Assembly (NCBI RefSeq): GCF_009914755.1
Contig: NC_060947.1
From: the human T2T-CHM13v2.0 reference genome, Homo sapiens
Length of the DNA: 64,000 bases
Direction: 5' to 3' (one strand)
Shown here in pieces: positions 25,241-38,745 of this stretch (the stretch's first letter is position 1; each line of letters opens with the position of its first letter). Under the pieces are notes generated by a model. The model was not told the origin of the DNA. It was given only the letters and a program-made list of their open reading frames with translations, and ran no database searches. The position numbers were made by a program, and so were the translations under genes.

Positions 25241-28074
25241 GACTGGGAGGGGAAAGAGAGCGATGAAGTGACGGACAGTGGTCAAAGGAAGTTAAAGGGA
25301 GGACCGGTGTGTGTGTGTATGTGTGTGTGTCTGGATTAGAGGGATATTTATCATGTCTATACTCTGAGGAGAAAGTGAATAGAAAGAACGCAGTGTCAGA
25401 AAAAAGAAGTGGGGTGAGTGACAGAGCTGTGAGGGAGTAGCTGGCCTTGAACAAGAAGGCTACCCTCATTCTCTGAGATTAGAGGTGGGACTGAGGAGGG
25501 GTGGGTGCCATGCAGTTAAGCCAGTAGGTGGGAAAGGGCGGTGGTGGGGGCAAATCTCCATGGCTTCAAGTTTTATCAATTTGTAGAGGCACTGACATCT
25601 TCAGCGAGTCCAGGCTGTGGAGGCTGGGCTGGAGGCCCGAGAAAAGCAACATAGGCCTGAAATGTCCCTGAGAGGAATGAGAACAATGCTAAGCAAGGAC
25701 CAGCTATGTGAAAGTCAGAGCTTGCCCAGGTCCCCAGGCACTGTGGTGTGGTGATGGCACTGCTTTGTGTGTTTCCTTCTCTGTCAAGGTGACCCCGTGA
25801 CATATAGCTCTGTTGTTTGTGATTATGCCCTTGACTTTGCAGTCATTGGTTCTGTGTCTCCCTGGGGAAGGAGAACATCCCTAAGGTTTTAGAACAATCG
25901 GGAGGCTAGCCAGTAGGGCAGAAGGTGGAGTTGGAGAGATATCCTGACTCCCTGCAATCAAGGTTAGGCACCTAATTAATCCTGCCATTCTTCAGAATGG
26001 CTCTGCCCTTACTTTACAAAGGTTTGTTCCAGGCCATGCAGCAGGCCAGAGTGAGAGTCCTGCATAGAGTAGAAACCTCTACTGCAGCCATTGTCCCCTA
26101 CTGTGGCTCAGTTGCACCCACTCCTTCCCAGTTTAACAGCCCAGCTGAACTGCCTGCCATCTTTCCTGCCCGCTGCTGAATGCTGTGAAGCTGTCCATGC
26201 ATGGTTCAATCCCACCCTCTTCATGACTCAGGCTCATAGACATTTTGACTGTTCCCACTGCAAACTCCATTCCTGTCCTAATGCAATTCACTTGAATTCA
26301 GTGCAATCCCTATAAGTTTTATTTTTTACCACTCTCTTGACATTTATTATCTACTGCTTTTTATTTATAGTTTTTCATGTTAGTTTATCTTATCCCCCTC
26401 TCCACCCAACAAAACAGTGACCCTGAAGGCAGGAGGGAATCTTGCACATTTTGTTTTGGCATTCCCCAGCACCAACCTAGAGTTGCTGCTAAATAATTAC
26501 TGGTTTATTTGGCTGAACTGGTGGATAAAGCAAGTATGAGGTGTGCTTTGCCTTGGAGTAAGCTGGTTCTTTTCTGACCCCTGGAATATCAGAGTTTTGA
26601 GAGCAACCTCCCTCTTTGGGTGGAGCCAGGGAAAAAGTTACCAATAAACATGACTTTCTTATTGAAAAATGTGTGACTGGTGATTAACAGCTGCTGGTTA
26701 GTATTTCCTGATTGTCTGAGACACTGTGCAGGAGGGCATTTGGAGAAGGATGTGAAATGGAAATCTGAACCCTCTGTAGCTCCTAGGTCTCCTGCGTACC
26801 CCTCAGCCACCCACTCCTCCTGAATCTTGTCCTTGTTTCCAGGCACACATTATTGCAGATTATGAGGGCTGCCAGTCACTTAAGTGGCCCCACAAAGCAG
26901 AGGGCTTGATGATCCAGCACACTCTCTGCTTGCACATGATGTGTCCTGCTACAATGGCAAAAAAAGGACTTTATTATTTTCCTTCTGATTTATGGAGCAG
27001 GAAAAAAGATCATGTAAGTAAGAATTACAGAGATAACTAGTATTCCTTCTTGGGTTTTATTGGAGACTTTTCAAGATTTGTGCTTTGTGAACTTTGGCTT
27101 CGCCTGCTGAATTAGTTGCACCTGGTTACAGGGCCGAACCATGGAGAGTTGGGAGGCTGAACTCTTTAAACGTTGATCTAAAGAAAGCGCTTCCTGGGAT
27201 TTTCAGTGGTGGAACATTACTGGATGAGTAATGGTCTTGAGCATTCTTGTTAGGTAAGATGTTTGGTCTTAAAACTGGGACAAATCAAAAGGCCATTTCA
27301 TTGCTTCTTGTGGGTGAGATGTGAATTAAAATCATGGATTTTCTAATTCACTTAAGGCCAGACTATCCTTCATTTTAAGCCTTGATGTGCTTGCATTTAT
27401 CTTGGTTTCTTAGGTTGTTTCTCACACTACAAAAAACAATGTAACACTTGGGCAATGCAAAAAAGGTTTCAAGGCATTTTTGTTATAAAATCTAAAATTC
27501 TCTTTGTTTGTCCTAGCTCCATTCCAGGCCACATGCCAGGTACACTTTACATTATGCTAGATAGGTCTCTTATGCCAGCCCTTCCAAAATACCACCAAAT
27601 GCCACCAGTGTTAGAGCACAGGGTCATGTATTTTAAATAATGAGAAAACACTTAAAGGGTAGGAATGGCAATATGCTCACTTTCACCACCCTAAGGGCTC
27701 TATCTCCTAACATTGAATTTGTGGATTCCGGAGCAGTGGTTTAGTTCTGTGATGGTTTAGTTCTCACTTAACCTATCCTCTCAGATGACATCAGGTTCTG
27801 AGATTCACATTCTCTTTACTTGAGACTAGACCCAACTTCTTGATTCAGCATGGAATCACTTGAGTAGCAACTGCTGGTCTTTCTGTAACCACAGGAACCT
27901 CTTTTGGCCTATTTTGCAGGCGGGACGGTCTCCATGCCAAAGATCCTGTACTATTGTCTCCATAAATATGTTCATACTTATCAGGTCATGTGTCTCATAT
28001 TTGAATTGCAATATATGGCCATTGATAGCACAAGACAGCAAAAAAGCCACTTTTTTTTCAACTCTAATGTACAA

Positions 28075-28190
28075 CAGTGATTCTCAAATGTGAAGACATC
28101 TGCAAACCACCTGGGCAAAATGCAGATTCCGGCTCAGTAGGTCTGGGAAAGGGCCTGAGACTGCATTTTTAACAAGCACCCAAGGGGTAC
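28075..28190. mobile_element. MER5-family MITE
   Basis: cagtgattctcaaa...aaaatgcagattcc...tcagtaggtctggg...gggcctgagactgcatttttaacaagc. Confidence 0.8.
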
Positions 28191-28679
28191 CACACATAGA
28201 TGCTATCTCCCTTAAGTTAAGTACATGTTTAAAACCAGATCCTAAGTATGTATTTTAAATTTGTCAGGACAAAACTAACTGATAGTATTTGGCTTCTGAT
28301 CTAGCCTGACAGCCCCTTCTTAACTCTCAGTTCATCCACTTCTGACCCTACAGGACTTGAGTTATTTGGCTTTTAATTTCAAGAGACAGGAACCTTGGGG
28401 ATCCGCTTATTATTAGTGCTTGATGAATGCTGTTTGTTCATACTGAACCTGATTATGATTATCCTTTGAATGTTAGGTTCCAAATCTGTCTTTCAAACAT
28501 AATAACACCTAACTAATTTTTGTCCTGTCTCACCTCCATTCTCTCAGGCCCCCCAAGGCCATTCATCAGGCCACACTATTTACTTGGTTTTAGATGTACA
28601 TGTACAGATGTACATGCTAAGACCTTATTCTGTAATTCACCTGCTTCCCAAGTTCGGGCTCTTCCCACTTAATCCAATG

Positions 28680-29465
28680 TGGAATCATAGCAAGTCAAGA
28701 GCAAAAGGGACATTGGAAGCCACAACCCTTGTACATCATTTTGGAGCTTCCTTTGGACTTCTTCAGGTGACCTGGAGTGCTCCTGCCTCATGAAGCAGCT
28801 TGTTCCATGGTTGTGATGCCCTGATTGAGAGAGAGTTCTTTAGTATTTTCAGCCACACGTTACCTCTTTGTAATTTTTGCTGTGGTTTTGCCTTCCAGAA
28901 TTAACTTCTCTTTTACAATATGGTTCTTCAACCCATTAAAAGCTACTCTTGTGACTCTCTGTTTCTTTTCTTCAGGTACAAGTGTCCCATTTATTCATTT
29001 ATTTCTTGTATATCGAAGTTTCCTGACCTCTTACTCTCCTGGTCACTAGGCTCTGACATGCTCCAGTTTGACAATGTCCTCCCTCCCCTAGTTTCTCTGC
29101 TATGATCTGGCCAAGCCTGGTTCTGAACATCTATGTTGGCAGCCATGTTTTGCTGTTGACTCATATCAAGCCAAGAAATCCCCTGGAGCTTTTTAAAAGG
29201 GAGTTGAGTCTCCTTAACTAGTGCTGTTGACTATGTGAATCTAGCACAGATGTTTACATTTATCTTTATGGATTTTACCTTGTTTCTTTCAACAATTCCT
29301 TCCATTCATTTGAGATCTTGAGTCCTGATTCTATCACTTGTTATATTAGGGCTTCCTCCTAGCTTTGCCATCCACACACATACTAGGTACATCCTTTATA
29401 GCTTCATCATTGGAGATAAAAATTGAAATGAACAAGACTGAATGCTGATCCCTGTGGCCTTTCAC
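28680..29465 (-). mobile_element. L3/CR1 LINE fragments
   Basis: ttacatttatc...tcctgattctatca...cctcctagctttg...cttcatc...tgaacaagac...ccctgtggc resembles the antisense CR1 RT region. Confidence 0.65.
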
Positions 29466-31059
29466 TCAATCTATTTGCCACTTGTAAACTCTCATCCATG
29501 ATTGTCAACTTGTCATCAGGAGACTCACATTCTACTGTGCCTTTCTGATCCTACCTGTCACCTGCCAGGCCAGCCTCCCATTCTTCTTATCACCTGTTTT
29601 CCTTATAAAGTGAGAACCAAGGCCCTAGAATTTGGAAGGGAAAGGCCCAGAGACTGAGTATAAACATGGAGTAGGCTCTACAGTGAGAATTAGAAAGGGA
29701 AGAGGAAAGAAAGGGAGAGAGAAAGAGAAGGGGAGAGGGAGAGAAAGGGGAAAGAAATCCCATGCAGAGGAGGCTGAGAGGGGACCCTCTGACTTGTTGG
29801 GTGGTTGGATGTGGTTGAATGTATGTGTGAGGTGAATGAGTATAAATCAGGACATGCCTACATAACCAGTATGTAGACAAGCATAGCCTCTGACATGAAC
29901 AAAGCAAGACTTGATGGTTTGACTGTCTTCAGGGAGGGTAATCTTCCCCAAAACTGAATGCAAACTGAGCAAGTCTTATTTCTACTCATTGTTAGGTAAT
30001 AGAAAGTCACAACTGAGTAATTAGAATGTTCCATTCAAGATGTGATAAGTCACAACTCCAAGCCTGGCTTGCCATTAAATCTTCTCTGCCTGGTTCAGGT
30101 CTATTTTAATCTGAAAGGCAGCATTGGGGAGGTAGAGTAGAGGAGAGCAGAACTTCTCCTCTCTGCCTGTTCACCTCTTCCTCTATTTGTTAGCTGTCAT
30201 TTTATTGCGCCACTAATGAAGCTTGGAGAGGGAGGAGAGGCCAGGAAGCAGATAGCTCTGACTCGGCAGTGACGTTGCTCTTATGGGGCCTCATTTTCAG
30301 ATGATTAAAGCTGGGGCCCTGGTTGTGGGCATGGAAGATGGATGAAGCCACCTTTTCCCTCCTGAGGTGCACTACTGGCCCTTTCAGAGGTTCCCATGGC
30401 CGTAGACCTCTCTCCTATGGTTCTCTTGACCTCTGCCTGATATGTCTCCATAAGAGGTAGTGGCTTGGGACTACTCTTCAGCTAGATATCTGGCAGAACA
30501 CCTCCAGTCTCTTTATGATGAGATCCCCTTCCACTACTGGTCAGGACTGAAGTCTGCTTCACATCAGCGCTCTCTCTGCTATAGTCACTTCTGACCTATG
30601 AACCATATTCTCACATCTCTTGTCCCAACATACTCTGGGAATCCAGGGTCACCCCAAAGCATCAGCCTCCATTGACTTGGCTGCCAAAGCATGTAATGGC
30701 CCTTCCCTCTCACCTAGATGGCCCCAGGCAAGAGGCAAACTCTAACCCACAGTGTGCTTTAGCTTTTGTGGGTGTACGTGAGGTCCCCTGTGGTTACTGA
30801 CCATAGCGAATATATTGCAAAGCACCTTGAAGGTCCCTCACTGGACTTGGGGTTAAAGAGTAACACCCCAACTTCTGTTTTAAAAGGAAGAGAAGAGGGC
30901 ATTCACTGCAGAGCTATGACTCAGTTCCAATCTCCTCACATACAAGCCTCTCTTCCCACACTGGCCATTTCTTGTATTTTCTAAATGGGAGATGGGTTTC
31001 AAGAGTTCTCAAGAATAGCCATTTAAGAAAGCAGGTTGATATTACCTCCTAAAGTCGAG

Positions 31060-31800
31060 CATTCACACATCTAGGTCTATCCCTAAGAGTAACCTTGGCA
31101 TATTCAGTAAGAGACACGTACAGGAATGTTCATAGCAGCTCAGTTCCCAACCTAGGGTTGTCAGATAAAACGCAGGATCCCAGTTAAAATTGAATTTCAG
31201 ACAAACAACAAATAGGATTGTTTTTTCTGTCTGGTCTAAGTATGTCCCAAAGATTGCATAAGCTATAGTTCAAAAATTTCATGTTTTAAGTTCAAATTTA
31301 ATTCAGTGTTCTTTATTTTTATTTGCTAAATCTGGCAACCCTATCCTAAAACAAATGCCTGTCTAAGGGTGAATGGAAGAAAAATTGTGGTATTTACACA
31401 CACTGGACATACGCAGGAGTCTAAATAAATGAAAAACAGTTACACGGAAAAATATGAATGAATTTCAGCAATATGAAATCTGAAAAAATAAGGCTCCAAA
31501 ATATTACATACGGTATGGTTTTTTGTTGAAATTGGAAACTACTAAAATAAAATATTTCTATATTTTTAAAGGAATCTATCTAGTTGCAATAAAACTACAT
31601 AAAAAGGAAAGGGAATGATGAATATATATATGATTCAAGACGATGATACATTTTCTCAAATGGGGAGAAAAGGGTATAAATTGATGGTGTGATGAAGTGT
31701 AGGCTATTAGCAAGGTTCCAAGGTGCTAGCTTTTTTTTTGGGTAGTGGCTTTCCTAGTACTTACGGGGTGTGCATAGACCAAAGATGAGAATATTTCATT
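31060..31800 (+). mobile_element. Old L1ME 3' region, interrupted by MER53
   Basis: gtacaggaatgttcatagcagc...caaatgcctgtc...gaatgga...aaattgtggtatttacac. Confidence 0.65.
31153..31343. mobile_element. MER53 palindromic hAT MITE
   Basis: TIRs tagggttgtcaga / tctggcaacccta; internal cccagttaaaattgaatttcagac...taagtatgtcccaa. Confidence 0.88.
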
Positions 31801-31889
31801 AGCCAATGCTTATAACTAATCAAATAATCTGCACCTGATATCCAAAAAGAAAATAAAAATTTAAAGAGAAGGAAAAAGAAGAAACAACT

Positions 31890-33300
31890 GAGGTTGGAAG
31901 AATTCTATTATAGAAGCATACAGTGTTTGTCTAGGCAGGAAGGAAAGTGGTATTGGCACGGAAGATGTCTCCAAGGAGGTAACAGCTGAATTGGCCCTTG
32001 AAGTATGAATAGAAATTCACTAGATGGAGAAGGAGGGCAAAACATTCCAGGAACAGCATGTCAGAAAGCAAAGCAGCACAACAGAGCCTGGCCTTCTCAG
32101 AGAACAGGCTCAGGATGGTCACAACCAGAAGTAGGTGACAGTGGCAAGAACAGAAGCCAGAGAGCTGGGGAGAAGGATAGGGTGTGGAAGACCTTATGAG
32201 CCCTGTCAAGGGGTGTGGAACTTACTCTTGGGCCTCAGGGTGGGAAAACAGCAAAAGGATTATGCAGGAGGTTGTTATTGTGGATCCCCAGAAGATTATT
32301 ATACCAAAATGGGAAGTCTCTTGGCTTCACATATGCAAACTATTGATAAAACTGTTGCATTTGGTGGAGGGTAGAGAAGGCAATGAGGCAGGCGCTAAAA
32401 AATCATAGCCTCATGGGCTTCATGGATGCTAAGTAAAAATAGGCAAGGGATGGATTATAATTATGGTTCAAAATCATAGATACAGTATGATTGACAGCTC
32501 TGAGAATAAAGATGGTTATCAATTTGGTGGGAAAGTGGGGATAGCAGGAAAGGTTGGATAATTCTCCAAAGGGCAGTTCCAAGAAAAATTAAAAACCATT
32601 AATAAAGAAATATTAGTAGATTCCCTTGATGGCACCTCTGGATTTCTTGTGTATTGTCTGCATCAGCCACTCCTCTTCTGCCAAACCCTTAGAATTTGTT
32701 CTCTCAATTCGTTCTGTTCCATTTAGCAAAGTGTACTGTGCAACTATTATTGAATGTCAGGTAGAATGTTGGATGCTGGAAATACTAAGATAGATAAAAT
32801 ACAGCTCATCTCCTCATTAGGATTACATCTGAGCAGGAATACAAACCATCAACAAGTATCAATAATATATGTGAAAAGTACTAGAATAGATACAAGTTAC
32901 TACACAAATATAAAAGGGAGAGCAATTGGTGCCACCTGCAGTGGGAGTGTCAGAAACGAGATGGCATTTGAGTTGGATGGGCAAAAGTTCAAGGTTGAGC
33001 AAAAGTTGGACAAGCGGATGGGAGAGGCATGCAAAGCAGAGAGAACTGTAAGAGCAAAGGCCTGAAGGTGAGGCTGCCAAGAGGAGGCTGCAGCCGGGTT
33101 GGGACAGGCTTTCTAGATCTTGCTGAGAAGTTCAAACTTTGTTGTACATGCTGTGGCTCTTAAGCAGGGTGGGGTCAGGAGCAGATCTGGGTCTTTGGAA
33201 CAAGCTCGCTGGCCATGTGTGGAGGATGGAATGAAGGAGTTTGGGGCTGAGGTCACAGAGAACAGCCAGGAGGCAGCTGCAGGACTTGCCATGAGTCACA
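31890..33300 (-). mobile_element. L2 fragments (about 31890-32260 and 32715-33300)
   Basis: ggaggtaacagctgaattggcccttgaag...cattccagg; catttagcaaa...ggatgctggaaatac. Confidence 0.65.
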
Positions 33301-33849
33301 ATGAGCCTATAGAAGGACTGTGTAGGTGGAGAGCCAGTGAGGTCGGGACCAGAAAAGGCCTTGCTTGTGGGGTAGTTTGCTGCCCTCCCTGCCATCCACA
33401 TGGGTGGGCTGTGTGAGAGGGACAACGGCCTGCAAGGAGGCCAGGAGTGGGAGTGGATTTGGGAAGGACCTCAGTGACAGGAAGGGTGTTTCCACTGTGC
33501 AGCTGCCAAAAGAAACCTGTGACTCAGTGGGTGGCATGTGTGATACCCAGAAACTTTATAGTCCGAGTTATCCTGGCTCCTATCTACTTCCGTAAGTCAA
33601 CACTGCTTCACAGGTGGGATAGCAGCCAATGGGTGGGGTCCATAATGCCTTTTCTCAAATTTAAATAGTGTCTACACCAGCCGCGAGCCTATTACAGGGG
33701 AGTGCCTTTGTAGGAGGCACATGCCATGGGAAGATTGATAAGGAGCAGGAAAAACATCTTTTTCTAAGGCCTGCAATTCTCACACCCAATTAGAGTGGTC
33801 TTGCTTGTGTAAGAATTGAGTTGTATCAGTCATGAATAATATCAAGGCA

Positions 33850-34000
33850 ACTCCTGCTTAGAGAGGACCCACTATGTGCTATAAGCTAGGTGATACACTC
33901 TTCCTCACTATCTGATTTATTCTCCACAGTAATCACACAAGGTAGTCATTTCTTGCTCCATTTTACAGGTGGAGAAGTAAGGCTCAGAGAGTCCTAATGG
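33850..34000 (-). mobile_element. MIR SINE
   Basis: ctccattttacaggtggagaagtaaggctcagagag. Confidence 0.75.
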
Positions 34001-35026
34001 GTTGGTCATCAGATGGAGTCTAGAAATATTCTCCCTATTCCAACTGGTGATGGCATTGCTTGGCATCTCACCAGTATATCGTTTTCTTTGTTAATGACCA
34101 GGGCACTGATAGCAATCATGCTAGATGCAAAACCTTCCCTTCCTCCCACACTGCAAAGTCCTTCTCTACAGCACAATCATTCCAAGAATGAGGTTTAGTT
34201 GCAAGGTCTTTTTAAAACCCAGTCACCATGGGAATTGCATTCCTGAAAGACTAGGGCTGTGATGGTTTTCAACAACGCCTGGTGTTCTGTTTGCTTCGGC
34301 TCATGCTTAACAGTCCAGCAGTTAGAAGATGGAAAATAATTATTCAGTCTAGCCGGGAGATGGGGTGATAAAAGGAAACTTTGGGCTGCTGATTAAATTG
34401 TTTATTTAAGCACAAGCTTGGCTATGTCTTCAGCATAATGTGCTGTAGGAAGAAGATAGGGATCTCTCCTTATGGAGAGACACTGACAGGGGGGACTGAA
34501 ATCCCCACCTCTGCTCACTCCCACGGCTGCCTCTCTGCAATGCCCTGAATCTTTGTTTCCTGCTTGGCTCTGGATTTTGAGGACTTTATGAGGCTGGGAT
34601 TGGGCAGAGTAACAGAATAGTAGAGCTTTTTGTCCAAGCTCTGCATTTTGCAAAAGAGAAAGCTGAGGTCAGAGAGAGGTTGTGATGGTGCTGGGCAGGG
34701 CAGAGAATGTCCTGGAGTCTGGGTTCCTTGATTTCTGGTCCCGTGTTCTCTGCATTATTGCATGCTCACCCAAGTGTGTGTGCATCACCTTTACAAAACA
34801 TCTTTTGCCTTTTACCCTTCTTGGTCCTATTCTGCATTCTTCTCCTTCTGGCTTTTGAAACAAAATCAGCTTTCTTTAATCTCTTTTTTTGTGCACTGTT
34901 TCTCTTTATTTTCTTCCTCCTTCCCTGCATTAGAGCATGTACAAATTGTACATAATGCATAATTTAAACCCTCAGTTTGCCTATATTTTGAGCATATGCA
35001 AACTCAACTTTCAGGAAGTACTAGAC

Positions 35027-35246
35027 CAGTAGTCAGCAAACTATGGCCCACAGGCCAAATCTAGCCTGTGACTGTTTTGGTAAATAAAGTTTTATTGGAA
35101 CCTGGTCACCCTCATTTATGTATTGACTATGGCTGCTTTCATGCAACAGTGGCAGAGTTGAGTAGTTGCAACAGAGACTGTAGGGCCTGCAAAACCTGAT
35201 ATATTTAGTATCTGGCCCTTTACAGAAACAGTTTGCCAAGTCCCTG
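35027..35246 (+). mobile_element. MER58A hAT-Charlie MITE, full length
   Basis: cagtagtcagcaaactatggccc...tggccctttacagaaacagtttgcc...ccctg; imperfect 8-bp TSD tactagac / cactagaa. Confidence 0.93.
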
Positions 35247-36756
35247 CACTAGAAAAATATATTACTGACTAAATTCTAATATAGGGCATTCCTGCCTCCA
35301 GAGAGCCAGGGCCTAACTTTTATGCCTGCAGAATAACAAAAACACAAGCTGTGTTTAAGTTGAACCATTGAGAGCATGAGGATTCAGCAAGAATATTGCA
35401 ATTCACTAAGCTAGGATTTTGTTTATAAACTTTAATTTTTGATACTTTGAATGCTAAGGAAACTCAAATTTAGTTCCCTATCCCACTTTTAAGCTTTTGA
35501 TGACTCATCCTCTGAGCTCCATATCCCAGACCCTCACAGCCAGGCTGGCCCTTCCTGCTGGCCCTGCTCTGCCCCTTGAGGACTCCTGGCTTGGAACTGA
35601 ACCACCTTGCTCCAGTTGAACCATACCTTTGCTCTAGTCATACATCTTGCAGGACTAAAGTTCAAAGGGTGGAATTTCCAGATCACAATCTCCTTTAGTG
35701 TTGCCTCAACTCATCTCACAATAAATGAAAGTTCTTTCCAAGAAGTGCTATCAATTAAGACATTCCTTCTGGCATTTTCTTTCCTTCCTTTCTTTGCATT
35801 TTGCTTATGCTGATGTGGGTTCCTTTAGCTTGATTTAGATTTTGTCGATGCTCTCCTAAGCTCATGGAATTTTGGAGGAGATCATCAAGTCTAGCCCCTT
35901 TTCCACCACGAGGAAGCTGAGGCCCATGGCAAGGTAGTCTTTAAAAGACACTTTGTTTTCACGCTTCATTTCTTTGGTTGTAAATGAGAGTTTTTATTTT
36001 CTTTTTAAGCAATTTAATTTTTTTCCAGTTCCTTTTCTGAATTTACATCTGTCTTTATTGTATATGGTCTTTACTTCTCTTTCCCCTCCAGGTGCCTAAA
36101 AGTAGAGTCTGCAAAGGGTATATTTTGCAGAAAGCTCTCCACAGATCATAGTGCTCACATTTATTTGCTCAGAAAAATTCTCCTTAGGTTTTATTAGAGT
36201 TTTCTGGAATCACATAGAAAGTGAATTCCTAGTGAAATGTTTGGGTTCAGATTGTTAATTGAATTGTGGGCAGCCTAAAGGTCTTTCTGCAACCTCCTGG
36301 AATTTCTCAGCCTGAATGTTAAAGATGGAGCATGGATCTTTGCCACCTGCAGCTACCACTTAACCAGGTGACTGGTGCCAGTCCAGCAGCATGCTGGATC
36401 TGAGGTTTGCCACCTGGGAAGATAGATGATAATGCTTCTCTCCTCCTGGCCTGGATAAGGGGGAAAAATGGCACAAGGTGCATGTGCTCAGAACATGGAG
36501 TTCCTCTTAGGATTAGGGCTAAGATGCTAGAGTCATTCTAGCCAGTGGAGACTCCCAAAGCTGCAATAGTATTGGGGCTGTCTTGGTACCTCAGCACACA
36601 ATGCAGGTAGACCTGGTACAGCATGCTTTCCTAGCTGGCTGTCAGATGAGTGAGAAAATAAGCTGCTCCCTGTATGATGGATACCCCAAACAGTTTTCTT
36701 TAGGCCAACCCCTAGATGTCACAGGCAAGGAAACTGAGGTTTGATGTCAAAGTCAC

Positions 36757-37389
36757 TGTGGTGGCTTTGTACTGTAGTAGCTAAGCTGGAACTGTGTTTC
36801 CCAGAATTCCTTTCTTTTTTTATCTCCGGTTGGAGTTGGCCAGAAGAGAAATTTGTGTGCAATTTGTGGGTGGAAGTGAAGCAGCAGTCATGCCTATGCT
36901 CTGACTGTCAGGAGAAGGGCTAGTGGGCACTGTTGCAGCTCACAGGTGTCATCACTGATCTGAAGGCTTACCTTGCTGATGTGGGTGACAGCCAGGCCTG
37001 CAACCCCTTCAGTCCCATCCAGGCCTCCTACCTTGGCTTTCTGGGGTCCCAAGGCTGGGCGTGTGTGCAACTATATTGGTAAAGGGCACCGGCCTAGCCT
37101 GCAGGTCACCTGCATCAGTAAAGTTGAAGATGGTGAGAAACTGATGGGGTTTTCATCTGTCCAGGGTGGGTTCTAGTTTGTCCATGTTCTCCCCCACTTC
37201 ATGTGCATCTCTCCTTCCTGACAGCCAACTCTACTGTGTTCAGGATCAAAGCTAGATGCAGAGCAGCAGACCTACATAGACTGCTTAATCAGATTCTACA
37301 CCTGTGGAAGGTTCAGTCCCTATCATAAGGCCCTCATTCTAGAGCCTCATGGTGGTTTCTGCTTCTCTGACTGAACCTTAACTGATACA
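36757..37389 (+). mobile_element. ERVL solo LTR (LTR41-like) inserted into a MIR
   Basis: TG...CA ends; gctaagctggaact...tttcccagaattcc...ctgactgaaccttaactgataca; TSD gtcac / atcac; MIR motif ggaaactgagg...gtcac|acagc split around it. Confidence 0.75.
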
Positions 37390-38374
37390 ATCACACAGCC
37401 TTGCAGTGGAACCCAGGTGCCCCAGGCTTCCAGGACAACAGGCTTCCTGCTTCCAGTGTCACCTCTGCTTAGAGGCTCTGTCTGCACGGCACATTGCTGG
37501 TGTTGATAAATGCTGGAAAGCAAATGAGGAGGTTCTGGCCAAAGAAATCTTCTGGGTGCTCAGCCACAAACTTGTCATCAAAATGCCTGGGTCACCCCCT
37601 CAAGCCCCGTCTCACATTGCGCAGGGTAGACACTGCTTGCATTACTCTTTGTGTCAGGGCATTTGGGTACGTAAGTATGACAGAGATCGAATCAATCCTA
37701 GATGCTTGAGCCAGAGATTCTGAGCAAAATCAGATGAGTCCAAGATGCAGTTCATTTTCTCCATTGGTTACTCCACTTTCTTGTGGGAAAAGGTGGTGGG
37801 GGAGGGTCAGGCAAACTTTCATTCAATCACTCTGTGTATGGTGAGATTGGAGAAGAAAGAGGGTGTTGTCTCTGCAGTAAGCCTGAGGGAGTTGGTGAGG
37901 GACACCTTAAGTCACCCTCTCTCTTTCTGCGTGTCTCCATCTCCAAGATGCACTATGAGGAGCCCTGCTCAGAAGATGGTGGCAGGGGATTGTGTGGGAG
38001 ACCCCATGGTCTTAGGTACCCAGCACTTCAAAGCAGGGAGAATTCAGCATCTCTCAGTCCTCTCACAGCATTCCAAGATTGCTGCTTGAGGTCTGAAGAC
38101 TGATTTGTCTTTACAGCCACCCTCATTGAAATGCAGGTGAGCTAAGGACTCAGAGGGGTGGGGCATTACTCCTAGTTGGTTATTAATTAAACGAGACTGT
38201 ATCTGAGACTAGGTGTTAGTTAATGGAGAACTAAGGAGTCCTATGAACCCTGCGAGGTGGCTACTGAGATCCCCGCCTGGCAGAGCAGGCTGATGGAGCA
38301 GTGAGGGCACCAGCTATAATGTTCTGTGATTCTCTACCACACTTAGGACCTGCAGAGACACACAGCCTCTCCAC

Positions 38375-38745
38375 TTCAGCTCCACTGGCTCCCATGGTAC
38401 ACTTTGGCTCTACCAGGCATGCTCTTGCCTTAAGACATTTGTGCTCACTGTCCTCTCTACCTGGGTCCCTCTTACCCTAGAGAGCCTTCTGGCAGGCTTC
38501 ATTCTCTCATTTCTTCACATCTTTGCTCTAAAGTAACTTCACCTTCAGGAACTTTTGCCTGACCACCCTACTACAAATTGCAACCCTCCCCACTCTCCAT
38601 GCTAATGTAGTTTTACTATAGTGGGCATTGCCGTCTACCTTCCTACATAACTTACTAATGAGAGGGTAAGTGTCACTGGGGCAGAGATTTGCTTTATATG
38701 TACTCTGGTGTATCCAAGTGGTGGCACCTAGCGGGCACTCATTGT
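38375..38745 (+). mobile_element. L2 fragment
   Basis: cttcagctccactgg...caggcatgctcttgcct...catttgtgctcactg...cctgaccacccta. Confidence 0.75.

Noticed and set aside
27060-27260. Possible exon ending at tag|gtaaga
   Set aside because: No convincing acceptor site or recognisable coding homology; cannot be supported without transcript data
29940-31050. Possibly an ancient LTR-like sequence (also about 16360-16850, 22750-23000, 23780-24400, 61590-61940)
   Set aside because: I could not assign a family or boundaries from memory; needs RepeatMasker/Dfam
38117-38136. 20-nt microexon-like segment (ttacag|...cag|gtgagc)
   Set aside because: Not frame-preserving, short pyrimidine tract, and it overlaps MIR-like sequence; chance is likely
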